A DNA stretch of 64,000 bases from Macrostomum lignano (taxonomy: Eukaryota): NCBI GenBank assembly GCA_002269645.1, contig NIVC01000094.1:62001-126000 (forward strand), written 5' to 3'. Below the pieces are notes generated by a model. It was not told the origin of the DNA, searched no databases, and saw nothing but the letters and a program-made list of their open reading frames with translations. The first letter of the stretch is position 1, and each line of letters begins with the position of its first letter. Positions 37,491 through 48,384 of the stretch are shown here, in pieces. The position numbers and the translations under genes were made by a program.

Positions 37491-38756
37491 TAGGGGTGTT
37501 CGGGTCGGCCATTTTTTCAGGGTTCGGGGTTTACCCCGAACCCGGTACCCCTACCCCGAACCTCGAACCCCGTCCCGAACATTTCTTCCAACCCCGAACC
37601 CCGAACCCGGTACCAAAACCCGACCCGACCCCGAACGTAACCCCGAACATTTTCACGCTTATTTTGGTCAATCATTTTAATAAATTAATACACTTCTCCA
37701 CCAATAAAGGTACAATATTCATTTGTACTTCACTTCAATTGTAAGCCTTTTGGGCGCGACGTTAGCTCATGAATGACTTGGGACAAACACAGGTTTATAT
37801 TTGTTGTATAAGTGTAAATGGTATACTTCTTGCAATGGGATTGGGATTGAGATGGAAGGAATACCAAGACCCAAGATCTAATAGTAAGATACATGAAAGG
37901 TCACAACTAAAATCAGGACCATTTCGTACCTATACTTACAACGAAATTGCTTTCATAGTAATATTACATCTATGAGTTTATTTAAGCTGCAAAAATAGAG
38001 TACAATAAAATTAGATTATACCCTGTAGTGTAGATATCAGTAGAGATAGAACTAGAGCGATAGAGATAGCACAGATAAAACAATGATACAATGAAACAGG
38101 AGAGTTAATCACAAATATATATTTATTTTTACTTTTGACTACAGTTAACAGTAAGTCAGTAGTGGTATAACAGAATTGCTATGTAAAAACTAAAGTGACG
38201 TCTTTACATAAAATTGTATGCTGATATGAGTAGGTAATCATTGTGATAATTGATTATTGGCGACTGATGCGTGGAGAATAATAGTGTATTTATAAATTTT
38301 AAGCTTCCTCATCCAATCCAGAAGTTCAGACCATGTTACACGTAGCACATGTAAAATTATTACTGAATGTAATTTTTTAGATCATCAACTGCAAGACTGA
38401 ATGTGTCGAAAAACGACAATCGTTATTTACCAGAAAGTGTAAATGAATCCATGGTTCTATCTGCTATTTCCGTTTCAAATTGTATGTAAAATATAACTTA
38501 AGTTGTACCTGAAACTCAATGCATATCTTTCGCATTGTGGATTTTGCATAAGGAGTAAAAAGTGCTTGAAAATACTCTTGAAAATGATAATTGTTCAAAA
38601 CCCCGAAAACCCGGTGGCCAAACCCGACCCGAACCCCGAACCCGGTACCCCTACCCCGAACCCCGAACCCGACCCGGAACACCTACCCCGAACCCCGAAC
38701 CCGGTACCAAAACCCGACCCGAAACCCGACCCGACCCCGAACCCCGAACACCCCTA
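37491..38756. mobile_element. Non-autonomous hAT DNA transposon, 1266 bp
   Basis: Perfect 14-bp TIR TAGGGGTGTTCGGG; 8-bp TSD GTTTCGGA (37483-37490 and 38757-38764); ccgaaccc subterminal repeats at both ends; AT-rich non-coding interior. Confidence 0.88.
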
Positions 38757-39248
38757 GTTTCGGAGAATTGTATGTTTAAAAATTAAACTTTTTACTATAC
38801 TTATTTCTACTAATCTACGTTGTCTTCTCCATTTTAAAGGTAAGTACAGCTGCTAATATCAATTAAACATAGTTTGATAGGATTATAGTTTTTCTCCATG
38901 GAGGTGTTTGATAACTAGCTAAATTTTTAATTTAAATAAGCTTCATTGCAATCCCCCCTTGGACCCCCTCAGTCTCCAAATTTATCTACCTAATCTACAA
39001 TAGACCCCCATGCCTCTATTGAAGTTTAGGTACGTGAAATCAATCTCTATGAAGATTCACCCCACCCTAAAACCCCCCATTCCCCATGCCCCGGTGGTTG
39101 GCTTTAAGCTACAAAAAATGAAGTTCAAATTTGAAATCAGCACCATCAAAAACCTCTATGGAGACAAAATTATGATCCTATCAAAACTGCAACTATTTTA
39201 TCTACCTAAAGTTCAAGAAGTCCAAAAAGTGACGCTGAGAAAACTCAC

Positions 39249-39367
39249 CGAACTGAGTCGTACTTCTGCGTTGACTGTCGAATAATGAAATCGAGTTTCT
39301 CATCCTCCGTGAGGCCCTCCATCATGGCGAGCTCCTCCTCTTGTTGCTGCTTGGTTTCGTGAAATGG
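39249..39367 (-). CDS. RBBP6: RBBP6-like protein, exon 3 (absent from the ORF track)
   Basis: tttcag|PFHETKQQQEEELAMMEGLTEDEKLDFIIRQSTQKYDSV-CG|gtgagt; resembles the SEEDKIKAMMSQSGHEYDP linker; phases 0 and 2 fit the neighbouring exons. Confidence 0.82.
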
Positions 39368-39893
39368 CTGAAACATGGCGTAATAGAGTGGCAATAAGGA
39401 AAAGTTCATTTCCTAATCTCCAAAGAGTCACCGAGACTGCTGTCTATGGCTGTAACTTCACACTCGTCTTGATGAAAAGTTGAAAACGTGGAACCTAAGT
39501 GAAACCTACATGGAACCTACGGGAAAACGATACCTATGTAAACACAGGTGAAACAGGAAAGAAGTGACTCTAGAGACGACTCTAAAACGACGAGATGTCA
39601 CGGTACAAGTCGCAAAAAAAGCCATCAAAAAGTCGTCAGAGAATCGATTGCAAGCGACTCTGAGGCCGTAGAGTCCTACCTGAGACATGCTGGAGTTGCT
39701 GTAGAATCACTGAGTTACGTCTAAAGCGCATCCAACACAACACAGCCGTCCAACACAACGACTGTTGGACGGCTTTTTCGCGACTCTTTTACGATTCTGT
39801 AACTCACGTGACGCGCTCGCGACTTAACAGTCGCCTCTCCGTAGCGTTACAGTCGGTTGAGTCGTTTAAAAGTCACTAGTGAGGTGCAGATAA

Positions 39894-42800
39894 ATGCCGC
39901 TACCTCCTCGTGGTCAGAGCGGAGAGCCGCGCTTAACTGCTGCGGCGGCCAAATGCGGCAGGACCAAGCGAGGGCAGCGGAGCGCCCGTCGGCGTGTTGA
40001 GCGCCGGCGTGAGCGGAACCGACGAGGCCGGCTGCGTGGCGCCGCCCGTCGAGCTGCCGCGCGGGTCCACTCGGATCCTCCGGGTGGCGCCGGGGACCGT
40101 GAGGCTCAACTGCATCGAGCCCCAGCCGTACCACAGGGCATGCTTCGGGTCGGGACGCTGAACTGCCGCACTCTCAAGGCTGCTTGGCGTAGAGGGGTGC
40201 TGGCGAAGCTGGCGTACGACCTGAGCTGCGACATCATCTCGCTGCAGGAGGTGTCTATCAAGGCCGACCCGGGACTTCATTGTGAGGACTTGGGCGCCGG
40301 GTGGACCCTCTACTATACTTCTGCGGACCAGCGAGGCCGTGGAGGAGTTGGAGCGCTGATCGGGCCGAGGCTGCAGCAGAGCTGTCGCTGCGTCTCCCTG
40401 TCCCCTCGGTTGCTTCGGATCGACGTCCGGCTACGCGGTCGGAATGCTCGCCTGTTCTGCGCGTACGCGCCCCCTGCCACACGCCCTGACGAGGCTCAAG
40501 AGTTTTTCGAGCAGCTCTCAGTGCAGGTAGAGGCGACGGCGCAGCGTGACACAGCGGTCGCCCTCGGAGACCTGAACGCAGTCCTGCGTAGGTCCGAGAG
40601 GTCGCTGTTCGTGACGCCACGCGGGAACAACAACACCGAGGCACTGGAGGACTTCCTGGAGAGGCAGGACATGGTGTCGGCCAACACCCGCTTCCGCAAG
40701 CCACTGAGCGGTCTCGCAACCTTCGTGGGCTGCAAGCGGAGGCGACGGAACGCGCGTGGCAGGAACGCAACCCGGAGACAAGCACAGCTCGACCACGTGC
40801 TCGTGCGTTTCCGTGAGCGTCGTCGCGCTGTCAACTGCCGAACCATCACGCCGCTGGCTCTGCGGTCCGATCACCGGCTCCTCATCTGCGACCTCAACCT
40901 TCGCGATCCGCTCTACCGTCCGCCGAAGCGGCCACCGCGGCGCTACTACCGCGCGCTCAGAGCCACCGATACGCAGCGTCGCTTTGCTAGCGCCTTTAAC
41001 ACCGCGCTGGGCGACAAGCGTGGAAGTGCCGAGTATGCGATAGTGTGCGCTGCAGTCAGAACCGCCGCGGAGCAAGCAGTCCCGATGATGCAACCGGCTC
41101 AACGTGGGCAGCCGGTCTGGCAGGACGACCCTGCGATTCAGGCAGCGAGGGAAGATCTGGAGAGGCTCCGCTTGAGCAGGCGACCAACCCGCGAGGCAGA
41201 GGCAGCTCTGGTGGCTGTCTACCTGCAGCGCCAACAAGCGGCTGTCGGTGACGCCATTCAGGCTGTCTCTGCCGCTGGGCCCGATGCCAGAGGGCGCGTG
41301 GCCTGGTCCGCCATCAACGCTCTGACGGGGCGAAAGCGGCGCAATCCGCTGAACCTGGCTGGTGACACTCCGGACGAGCGTAGGAACGAGCTGCGCGAGT
41401 TCTTCGCCGCCATCGTCAACGCGCCGCCACCCCCGCTGCCAGACAGTCTGACGCTGCCGCCGGAGACGCCGTTGCCGGCAGAGGAGAGTTTTAGCGTAGC
41501 CCCAGTCAACGCAGCCGACGTTGTCAAGCTCGCCCAGCAGTCACCGGGCGGGAAAGCGCTGGGTCCGGACGAGGTGCCCATCGAGGCGCTGCGCATCCCC
41601 TGTGTGGCCGCTGAGGTCGCCAGAGTGATGAACCGCGTGCTCTTCGGTGAGGCGGCGCCCAACGAATGGACCACGGCGCACATCGTCGCTGTTCCAAAGA
41701 AGCCGGGCACCACTAGGCTTGAAGACCATCGAGGCATCTGCCTTCAGTCCTGTGCAGCGAAGCTGTTCAACCGGATGCTGCTTTCGCGGTTGCAGCCCGT
41801 GCTGGATCCGTACCTGCGCCCAGAGCAGAACGGGTTCCGGCCCCATCGCGGCACAGTGGCGCAGATCCTGGCTCTTCGCCGAGTCATCGAGGAGGCGCGG
41901 ATTCGTCAGTCGATCCTGATTTTAATCTTTATTGATTTCAAGAAGGCATTCGACTCGGTTGTCAGAGCCGTGCTTCCAATGGTGCTCCGCGCGTACAACG
42001 TGCCTGAGCAGCTGATCTCCGCCATCATGGCGATGTACCGTGATACGACAGCTGCTGTGACAACACCGGACGGCCTATCGGACTCCTTTGAGACATCCTC
42101 CGGAGTGCTTCAGGGAGATACGCTGGCGCCGTTCCTGTTCGTCCTGGTGCTTGACTGGGTGCTGCGGACTGCTCTTCCTACCGACGACGACGGTTTTCTG
42201 CTGCAGCGACGCGTGGGTCGACGTCAACCGGAGAAGCGGCTCATCGTGCTTGGCTACGCCGACGACCTCGCCCTGCTGTCCTCGACCGTCGAGGGCGCCC
42301 AACGGCAGCTGGACAGGCTGGTTGCCGTTGCGGCGAGTGTCGGCCTGGTGGTCAACACGCAGAAGACCGTTGTGCTCTGCGTGCCGGACGACATCGAGGC
42401 TGCAATATTTTGCCGAGGCGCTGACGGGCAGGCGACCGAACTCCCGCGATGTCAGCAGTTCGTCTACCTCGGCGGTCTGGTTCCAGACGCTCGCGAGGAC
42501 CTGCGACGCCGCCGCGGGCTTGCCTGGGCTGCCTTTCGTTCTGTGAGGGCAGTCCTGCAGTCCGAGGCCCTACCGGACCGCCAGAGGGCGGCGCTGTTCC
42601 AGGCGGTAATCGAGACCGTCCTGCTGTACAACGCCGAGACCTGGACGCTGACGAACTCACTCGAACAGCAAGTCGATGCGGCGCACGCTGGTCTGCTGCG
42701 CGCCGCCTTCAACATCGGCGTCGAGCGAGTCACCAACGCGGCACTCTATCGCCGCGCTGGCCTGCCACGTCCAAGTGATCTACTGCGCCGTCGGCGACTC

Positions 42801-43007
42801 CAGCTCGCAGGCCATCTCATCCGCGCCGAGTCGTACTGCCCACAGCCGGTGCAGGAGGTGCTGCTGCTCACGCTGCAGGCACCCTACCGGCGAGGTCAAG
42901 CGCGAACTCGGCGTTATGTCGACTGTCTGCTGGCTGACGCCGGCGCCCCGGACACTGCCGGTGGCGCGGCCTTTGTTCGCGCCCAAGCCATGAAGCGCGC
43001 CCTGTGA
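39894..43007 (+). CDS. Retrotransposon ORF: apurinic endonuclease + reverse transcriptase (1037 aa; likely start ATG 39894 or 40140)
   Basis: APE motifs GTLNCRTL, SLQEV, LGDLNA, LDHVLV, SDHRLL; RT motifs GPDEVP, QNGFR, IDFKKAFDSV, GVLQGDTLAPFLF, YADDL, FVYLG; C-terminal RRLQLAGHLIR typical of RTE; no stops. Confidence 0.95.
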   Translation: MPLPPRGQSGEPRLTAAAAKCGRTKRGQRSARRRVERRRERNRRGRLRGAARRAAARVHSDPPGGAGDREAQLHRAPAVPQGMLRVGTLNCRTLKAAWRRGVLAKLAYDLSCDIISLQEVSIKADPGLHCEDLGAGWTLYYTSADQRGRGGVGALIGPRLQQSCRCVSLSPRLLRIDVRLRGRNARLFCAYAPPATRPDEAQEFFEQLSVQVEATAQRDTAVALGDLNAVLRRSERSLFVTPRGNNNTEALEDFLERQDMVSANTRFRKPLSGLATFVGCKRRRRNARGRNATRRQAQLDHVLVRFRERRRAVNCRTITPLALRSDHRLLICDLNLRDPLYRPPKRPPRRYYRALRATDTQRRFASAFNTALGDKRGSAEYAIVCAAVRTAAEQAVPMMQPAQRGQPVWQDDPAIQAAREDLERLRLSRRPTREAEAALVAVYLQRQQAAVGDAIQAVSAAGPDARGRVAWSAINALTGRKRRNPLNLAGDTPDERRNELREFFAAIVNAPPPPLPDSLTLPPETPLPAEESFSVAPVNAADVVKLAQQSPGGKALGPDEVPIEALRIPCVAAEVARVMNRVLFGEAAPNEWTTAHIVAVPKKPGTTRLEDHRGICLQSCAAKLFNRMLLSRLQPVLDPYLRPEQNGFRPHRGTVAQILALRRVIEEARIRQSILILIFIDFKKAFDSVVRAVLPMVLRAYNVPEQLISAIMAMYRDTTAAVTTPDGLSDSFETSSGVLQGDTLAPFLFVLVLDWVLRTALPTDDDGFLLQRRVGRRQPEKRLIVLGYADDLALLSSTVEGAQRQLDRLVAVAASVGLVVNTQKTVVLCVPDDIEAAIFCRGADGQATELPRCQQFVYLGGLVPDAREDLRRRRGLAWAAFRSVRAVLQSEALPDRQRAALFQAVIETVLLYNAETWTLTNSLEQQVDAAHAGLLRAAFNIGVERVTNAALYRRAGLPRPSDLLRRRRLQLAGHLIRAESYCPQPVQEVLLLTLQAPYRRGQARTRRYVDCLLADAGAPDTAGGAAFVRAQAMKRAL
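39895..39960 (+). ncRNA. Candidate HDV-like (nested double pseudoknot) self-cleaving ribozyme at the RTE 5' end
   Basis: P2 tgccgc 39895-900 / gcggca 39955-60; P3 acc / ggt; L3 tcctcgt; P1 3' strand cagagc; P1.1 gg; P4 gccgc / gcggc; J4/2 C-A-A-A. A perfect P1 5' strand was not found. Confidence 0.55.
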
Positions 43008-43835
43008 CGCTGACTTTTACCATCATGACAGCGTATTTTGTTGTTGTTGTTGTTGAGTTGCTTGCAATGACTATTTAGCGATTCTTGTCCCGGGCATGAG
43101 AGCCAATCCCCAAAGATGATATAAATGAGCTTGGATTTCTTTGCATTCTCTGTTGAGTCTCGTCCTACTTACTGCAAAGCTACCGGATTGGCAAACGTAC
43201 AAGATAAAAAAGATTTGAAACTAAAATCTGCATCTTTGACTTGAAAATTTGGAGATTCCTTTACCGAATCATTATTCGGTAAAGGAACTGAAGCAATGGC
43301 TTCTTCTTCTTCAATTTACTCACGCATCAATCATATCATGCACCCCAAGATATCCCAATGGGCTAATCACCTATATTGGCCCGTTTGTGTGTAAATTTTT
43401 GCTCAAATCTGATGAACAAATACAGAGTTTGAGGTGTCTAAAACCTTTTGACTGTGCCAAGGTAGAAATTCACAAATATAGTACACCCTGTATGCTCAAA
43501 ACCCTCCTATTATTATTATTATTAAACGTTAAGCCCTTGTTCCAGGACACCCGTTGCATCTGGGAGAGACATAAGGGGCAGAGAAATAGGATTATTTTCA
43601 GAAGTCCTTGACGCGGGCGCCACTATAAACAGTGCCTCTGTCTGGTCCGTCTGTCTGGGGTTGATCTGCCCTCTCCTTTGAGCCAGCAACAGGATCAAAC
43701 TGGCTGCAGCCAAAACAACAGAAGCCATTTATAATAGAGACTGGTGCGCGAGTACGAAGCGAAAGCAGTCGATGAAGCATGCGTTTTCTCTATGCTAATA
43801 GACAGCAAATTCAAGTGCACAGCCTCATGCCTTAC

Positions 43836-43996
43836 ACTGGCCTCAGACTGATAGCAGTTCTGCCTCTGCGGCGACTTTGATCTTTGTCGATGCTTTGAAG
43901 AGTACCGCCTCGAAGATCCCGGAGCTTCCAGTCTGGGCGTACGAGCGACCAACACCTGGGTGAACTCCTGCAGTAGCTCGGCATCGCTGCTGTACA
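43836..43996 (-). CDS. RBBP6: RBBP6-like protein, exon 2 (end of DWNN domain)
   Basis: cattgcag|(V)YSSDAELLQEFTQVLVARTP (compare EYTDDNALIPKNSSVIVRRIP); donor AGT|gtaagg, phase 0 matches exon 3. Confidence 0.82.
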
Positions 43997-44062
43997 CTGC
44001 AATGCACCCAAATACAACTGTGGCCTGAGCTGCTGTACACTGCAATGTAATCTACACCGATA

Positions 44063-45432
44063 TTCTTAGCTGCAATTCCCCAGCCCGATATTCTCAGCTG
44101 CAATTCCCCAGCCCGATATTCTCAGCTGCAATTCCCCAGCCCGATATTCTCAGCTGCAATTCCCCAGCCCGATATTCTCAGCTGCAATTCCCCAGCCCGA
44201 TATTCTCAGCTACAATTCCCCAGCCCGATATTCTCAGCTGCAATTCCCCAGCCCGATATTCTCAGCTGCAATTCCCCAGCCCGATATTCTCAGCTGCAAT
44301 TCCCCAGCCCGATATTCTCAGCTGCAATTCCCCAGCCCGATATTCTCAGCTGCAATTCCCCAGCCCGATATTCTTGGCTGCAATTCCCCAGCCCGAGATT
44401 CTCAGCTGCAATTCCCCAGCCCGATATTCTCAGCTACAATTCCCCAGCCCGATATTCTCAGCTGCAATTCCCCAGCCCGATATTCTCAGCTGCAATTCCC
44501 CAGCCCGATATTCCCAGCTGCAATTCCCTAGCCCGATATTCTCAGCTGCAATTCCCCAGCCCGATATTCCCAGCTGCAATTCCCTAGCCCGATATTCTCA
44601 GCTGCAATTCCCCAGCCCGATATTCTCAGCTGCAATTCCCCAGCCCAATATTCTCAGCTGCAATTCCCCAGCCCGAGATTCTCAGCTGCAATTCCCCAGC
44701 CCGAGATTCTCAGCTGCAATTCCCCAGCCCGATATTCTCAGCTGCAATTCCCCAGCCCGATATTCTTGGCTGCAATTCCCCAGCCCGAGATTCTCAGCTG
44801 CAATTCCCCAGCCCGATATTCTCAGCTGCAATTCCCTAGCCCGATATTCTCAGCTGCAATTCCCCAGCCCGAGATTCTCAGCTGCAATTCCCCAGCCCGA
44901 TATTCTCAGCTGCAATTCCCCAGCCCGATATTCTCAGCTGCAATTCCCCAGCCCGATATTCTCAGCTGTAATTCCCTAGCCCGATATTCTCAGCTGCAAT
45001 TCCCCAGCCCGATATTCTTGGCTGCAATTCCCCAGCCCGAGATTCTCAGCTGCAATTCCCCAGCCCGATATTCTCAGCTGCAATTCCCTAGCCCGATATT
45101 CTCAGCTGCAATTCCCCAGCCCGAGATTCTCAGCTGCAATTCCCCAGCCCGATATTCTCAGCTGCAATTCCCCAGCCCGATATTCTCAGCTGCAATTCCC
45201 CAGCCCGATATTCTCAGCTACAATTCCCCAGCCCGATATTCTCAGCTGCAATTCCCCAGCCCGATATTCTTGGCTGCAATTCCCCAGCCCGATATTCTCA
45301 GCTGCAATTCCCCAGCCCGATATTCTCAGCTGCAATTCCCCAGCCCGATATTCTCAGCTGTAATTCCCTAGCCCGATATTCTCAGCTGCAATTCCCCAGC
45401 CCGATATTCTTGGCTGCAATTCCCCAGCCCGA
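44063..45432. repeat. 28-bp minisatellite attccccagcccgatattctcagctgca filling RBBP6 intron 1
   Basis: About 49 units; 392-bp higher-order offset. Confidence 0.95.
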
Positions 45433-45438
45433 GCTCAC

Positions 45439-45649
45439 CTTTGCCATCTTCGGCAGACAGCTGCAAGTCGTAGTCCGCACCTGTGAGTCCGCACTTGTCC
45501 CGAATGGCAGCCTTGAGATCTCGCACGCTCAGTGCGGAGCCGCTGATGCGCACGGCGTCCCAGCTCAGGCCGGACTTGAACCGATAGTAGATCACGGACA
45601 CGCCGCCGGCGAGGGGTGCAGCAGCCGCAGACGGGGCGGCTCTCAGCAT
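45439..45649 (-). CDS. RBBP6: RBBP6-like E3 ligase / 3'-end processing factor, exon 1 (DWNN domain)
   Basis: ATG 45649; VIYYRFKSGLSWDAVRISGSALSVRDLKAAIRDKCGLTGADYDLQL matches DWNN; donor G|gtgagc. The seven-exon model totals 2322 nt = 773 aa with DWNN, zinc knuckle, RING and RS regions in order. Confidence 0.9.
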
Positions 45650-46112
45650 GGCTGCGACTGAAATTGAAACAGTTGGAATTATTGAGAAACAGAGTAGCGA
45701 CGGTTGGTTACAGGCGGTGGCATAGACAGCCAAAACCGACTACAAGCATATAAAATGGACAGTTGAAGGTCGCTGAAATGGGGAGGGGCATTGGCCAGGA
45801 TTGGCAGACAAATCACGGGGACTGCAGGAAAAGCTGATTGGCTGGAAGCTAGAAGATTCTCTCTCTCTCTCTCTGTTTTCCTCAATGAACAAAATAAGCT
45901 GCAGGCAAAGCTTTGTCAGAGATGTGTACCGCACCGCACCACTGCCATCTTGTGGGCCAACTGACAAAATATACGATTTGAATATATTTACACGACTGAC
46001 GATCAGGAAAAACACGTAGCACTAAAATATGCTTGCGTACTACTTACAGCAGTTTAAGAAAGATGAATTTGTGATACACAAACATTTAAAATTGAATTTA
46101 ACATAAAACATC

Positions 46113-46570
46113 AAGTAGGGATTCCAATTTGGGATCAATTAGGGGTTCTGGCTTAGGATTATTAAGGGATTCCTGATTAGCATCAATTAGGGATTCCTGC
46201 TTGGGATCAATTAGGGATTCTTCTTTAGGATTAATTAGGGATTCCCGATTGGAATCAATTAGGGATTCCTGATTATGATCAATTAGGGATTCATGATTAG
46301 GATCATTTAGAGATTCCTGATTCGGATAATTTAGGAATTCCTGATTAGGATCATTTAGGGATTCCTGATTAGGATAATTTAGGGATTCCTGATTAGGATA
46401 ATTTAGGGATTCCTGATTAGGATCATTTAGGGATTCCTGATTAGGATAATTTAGGGATTCCTGATTAGGATAATTTAGGGATTCCTGATTAGGATAATTT
46501 AGGGATTCCTGATTAGGATCATTTAGGGATTCCTGATTAGGATCAATTTAGGATTCCTGCTTGGGATAAA
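46113..46570. repeat. 24-bp minisatellite attcctgattaggataatttaggg
   Basis: Tandem array; second copy at 47413-47950. Confidence 0.9.
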
Positions 46571-47027
46571 CTAGGCATTCCGATTTGAGAAAAAATTGAT
46601 TGCGTGATAAATTCTAATTTTAAGGTTAAAGTTAATCTGTCAAAGCAAAAGTACAGAGCAGCAGGTTTGAATTAATTAATCAACAGAGAGTCTGACTACA
46701 TAAAGCAATATATCAGTTTACTTAGTGCTACCGCAAGCGTTCACAACATGATTCAGTGGGAGATAAACAAATGCCAGAGGATCGGGGCGGGTGGTTAAAA
46801 AAATCTGGAGCAACAGGAAACGACAAATGCCTATTGCTATTCTGCCAACTCAGTAAAACAGTCTCCGGTTTCCGGGGGGAAGTGATGGCTGGCGGAAGCC
46901 CCAGTCAGCACATGCCTGTGCACGCATTTGCAGTGCCGCGTGTCGGATACGAGGTTAAAAATCCAATATTAATGGAATTCTGAGAATCAGCACCACGTAT
47001 TCAGCATTTCCAATTCCAGCTGTCAGA

Positions 47028-47175
<148 letters not shown>

Positions 47176-47412
47176 CCTCAATGAACAAAATAAGCTGCAG
47201 GCAAAGCTTTGTCAGAGATGTGTACCGCACCGCACCACTGCCATCTTGTGGGCCAACTGACAAAATATACGATTTGAATATATTTACACGACTGACGATC
47301 AGGAAAAACACGTAGCACTAAAATATGCTTGCGTACTACTTACAGCAGTTTAAGAAAGATGAATTTGTGATACACAAACATTTAAAATTGAATTTAACAT
47401 AAAACATCAAGT

Positions 47413-47950
47413 AGGGATTCCAATTTGGGATCAATTAGGGGTTCTGGCTTAGGATTATTAAGGGATTCCTGATTAGCATCAATTAGGGATTCCTGCTTGG
47501 GATCAATTAGGGATTCTTCTTTAGGATTAATTAGGGATTCCCGATTGGAATCAATTAGGGATTCCTGATTATGATCAATTAGGGATTCATGATTAGGATC
47601 ATTTAGAGATTCCTGATTCGGATAATTTAGGAATTCCTGATTAGGATCATTTAGGGATTCCTGATTAGGATAATTTAGGGATTCCTGATTAGGATAATTT
47701 AGGGATTCCTGATTAGGATAATTTAGGGATTCCTGATTAGGATCATTTAGGGATTCCTGATTAGGATCATTTAGGGATTCCTGATTAGGATCATTTAGGG
47801 ATTCCTGATTAGGATAATTTAGGGATTCCTGATTAGGATCATTTAGGGATTCCTGATTAGGATCAATTTAGGATTCCTGATTAGGATCATTTAGGGATTC
47901 CTGATTAGGATCAATTTAGGATTCCTGCTTGGGATAAACTAGGCATTCCG
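47413..47950. repeat. 24-bp minisatellite, second copy
   Basis: Same unit, more copies. Confidence 0.9.
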
Positions 47951-48384
47951 ATTTGAGAAAAAATTGATTGCGTGATAAATTCTAATTTTAAGGTTAAAGT
48001 TAATCTGTCAAAGCAAAAGTACAGAGCAGCAGGTTTGAATTAATTAATCAACAGAGAGTCTGACTACATAAAGCAATATATCAGTTTACTTAGTGCTACC
48101 GCAAGCGTTCACAACATGATTCAGTGGGAGATAAACAAATGCCAGAGGATCGGGGCGGGTGGTTAAAAAAATCTGGAGCAACAGGAAACGACAAATGCCT
48201 ATTGCTATTCTGCCAACTCAGTAAAACAGTCTCCGGTTTCCGGGGGGAAGTGAGGGCTGGCGGAAGCCCCAGTCAGCACATGCCTGTGCACGCATTTGCA
48301 GTGCCGCGTGTCGGATACGAGGTTAAAAATCCAATATTAATGGAATTCTGAGAATCAGCACGTATTCAGCATTTCCAATTCCAG

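Larger units (their letters stand above)
39863..43051 (+). mobile_element. RTE-clade non-LTR retrotransposon, apparently intact, antisense in RBBP6 intron 2
   Basis: Single long APE+RT ORF; short 3' UTR ending in (GTT)n; candidate 7-bp TSD GTTGAGT (39856-39862 and 43052-43058). The exact 5' end is uncertain. Confidence 0.88.

Noticed and set aside
40258-42993. Overlapping and antisense ORFs within the RTE, RBBP6, MBTPS1 and methyltransferase exons
   Set aside because: They are shadow ORFs expected from high-GC coding sequence.
43695-43835. Read-through of RBBP6 exon 2 as a DWNN-only short isoform
   Set aside because: The frame is open to 43695, but no convincing poly(A) signal was seen; it cannot be supported without RNA data.
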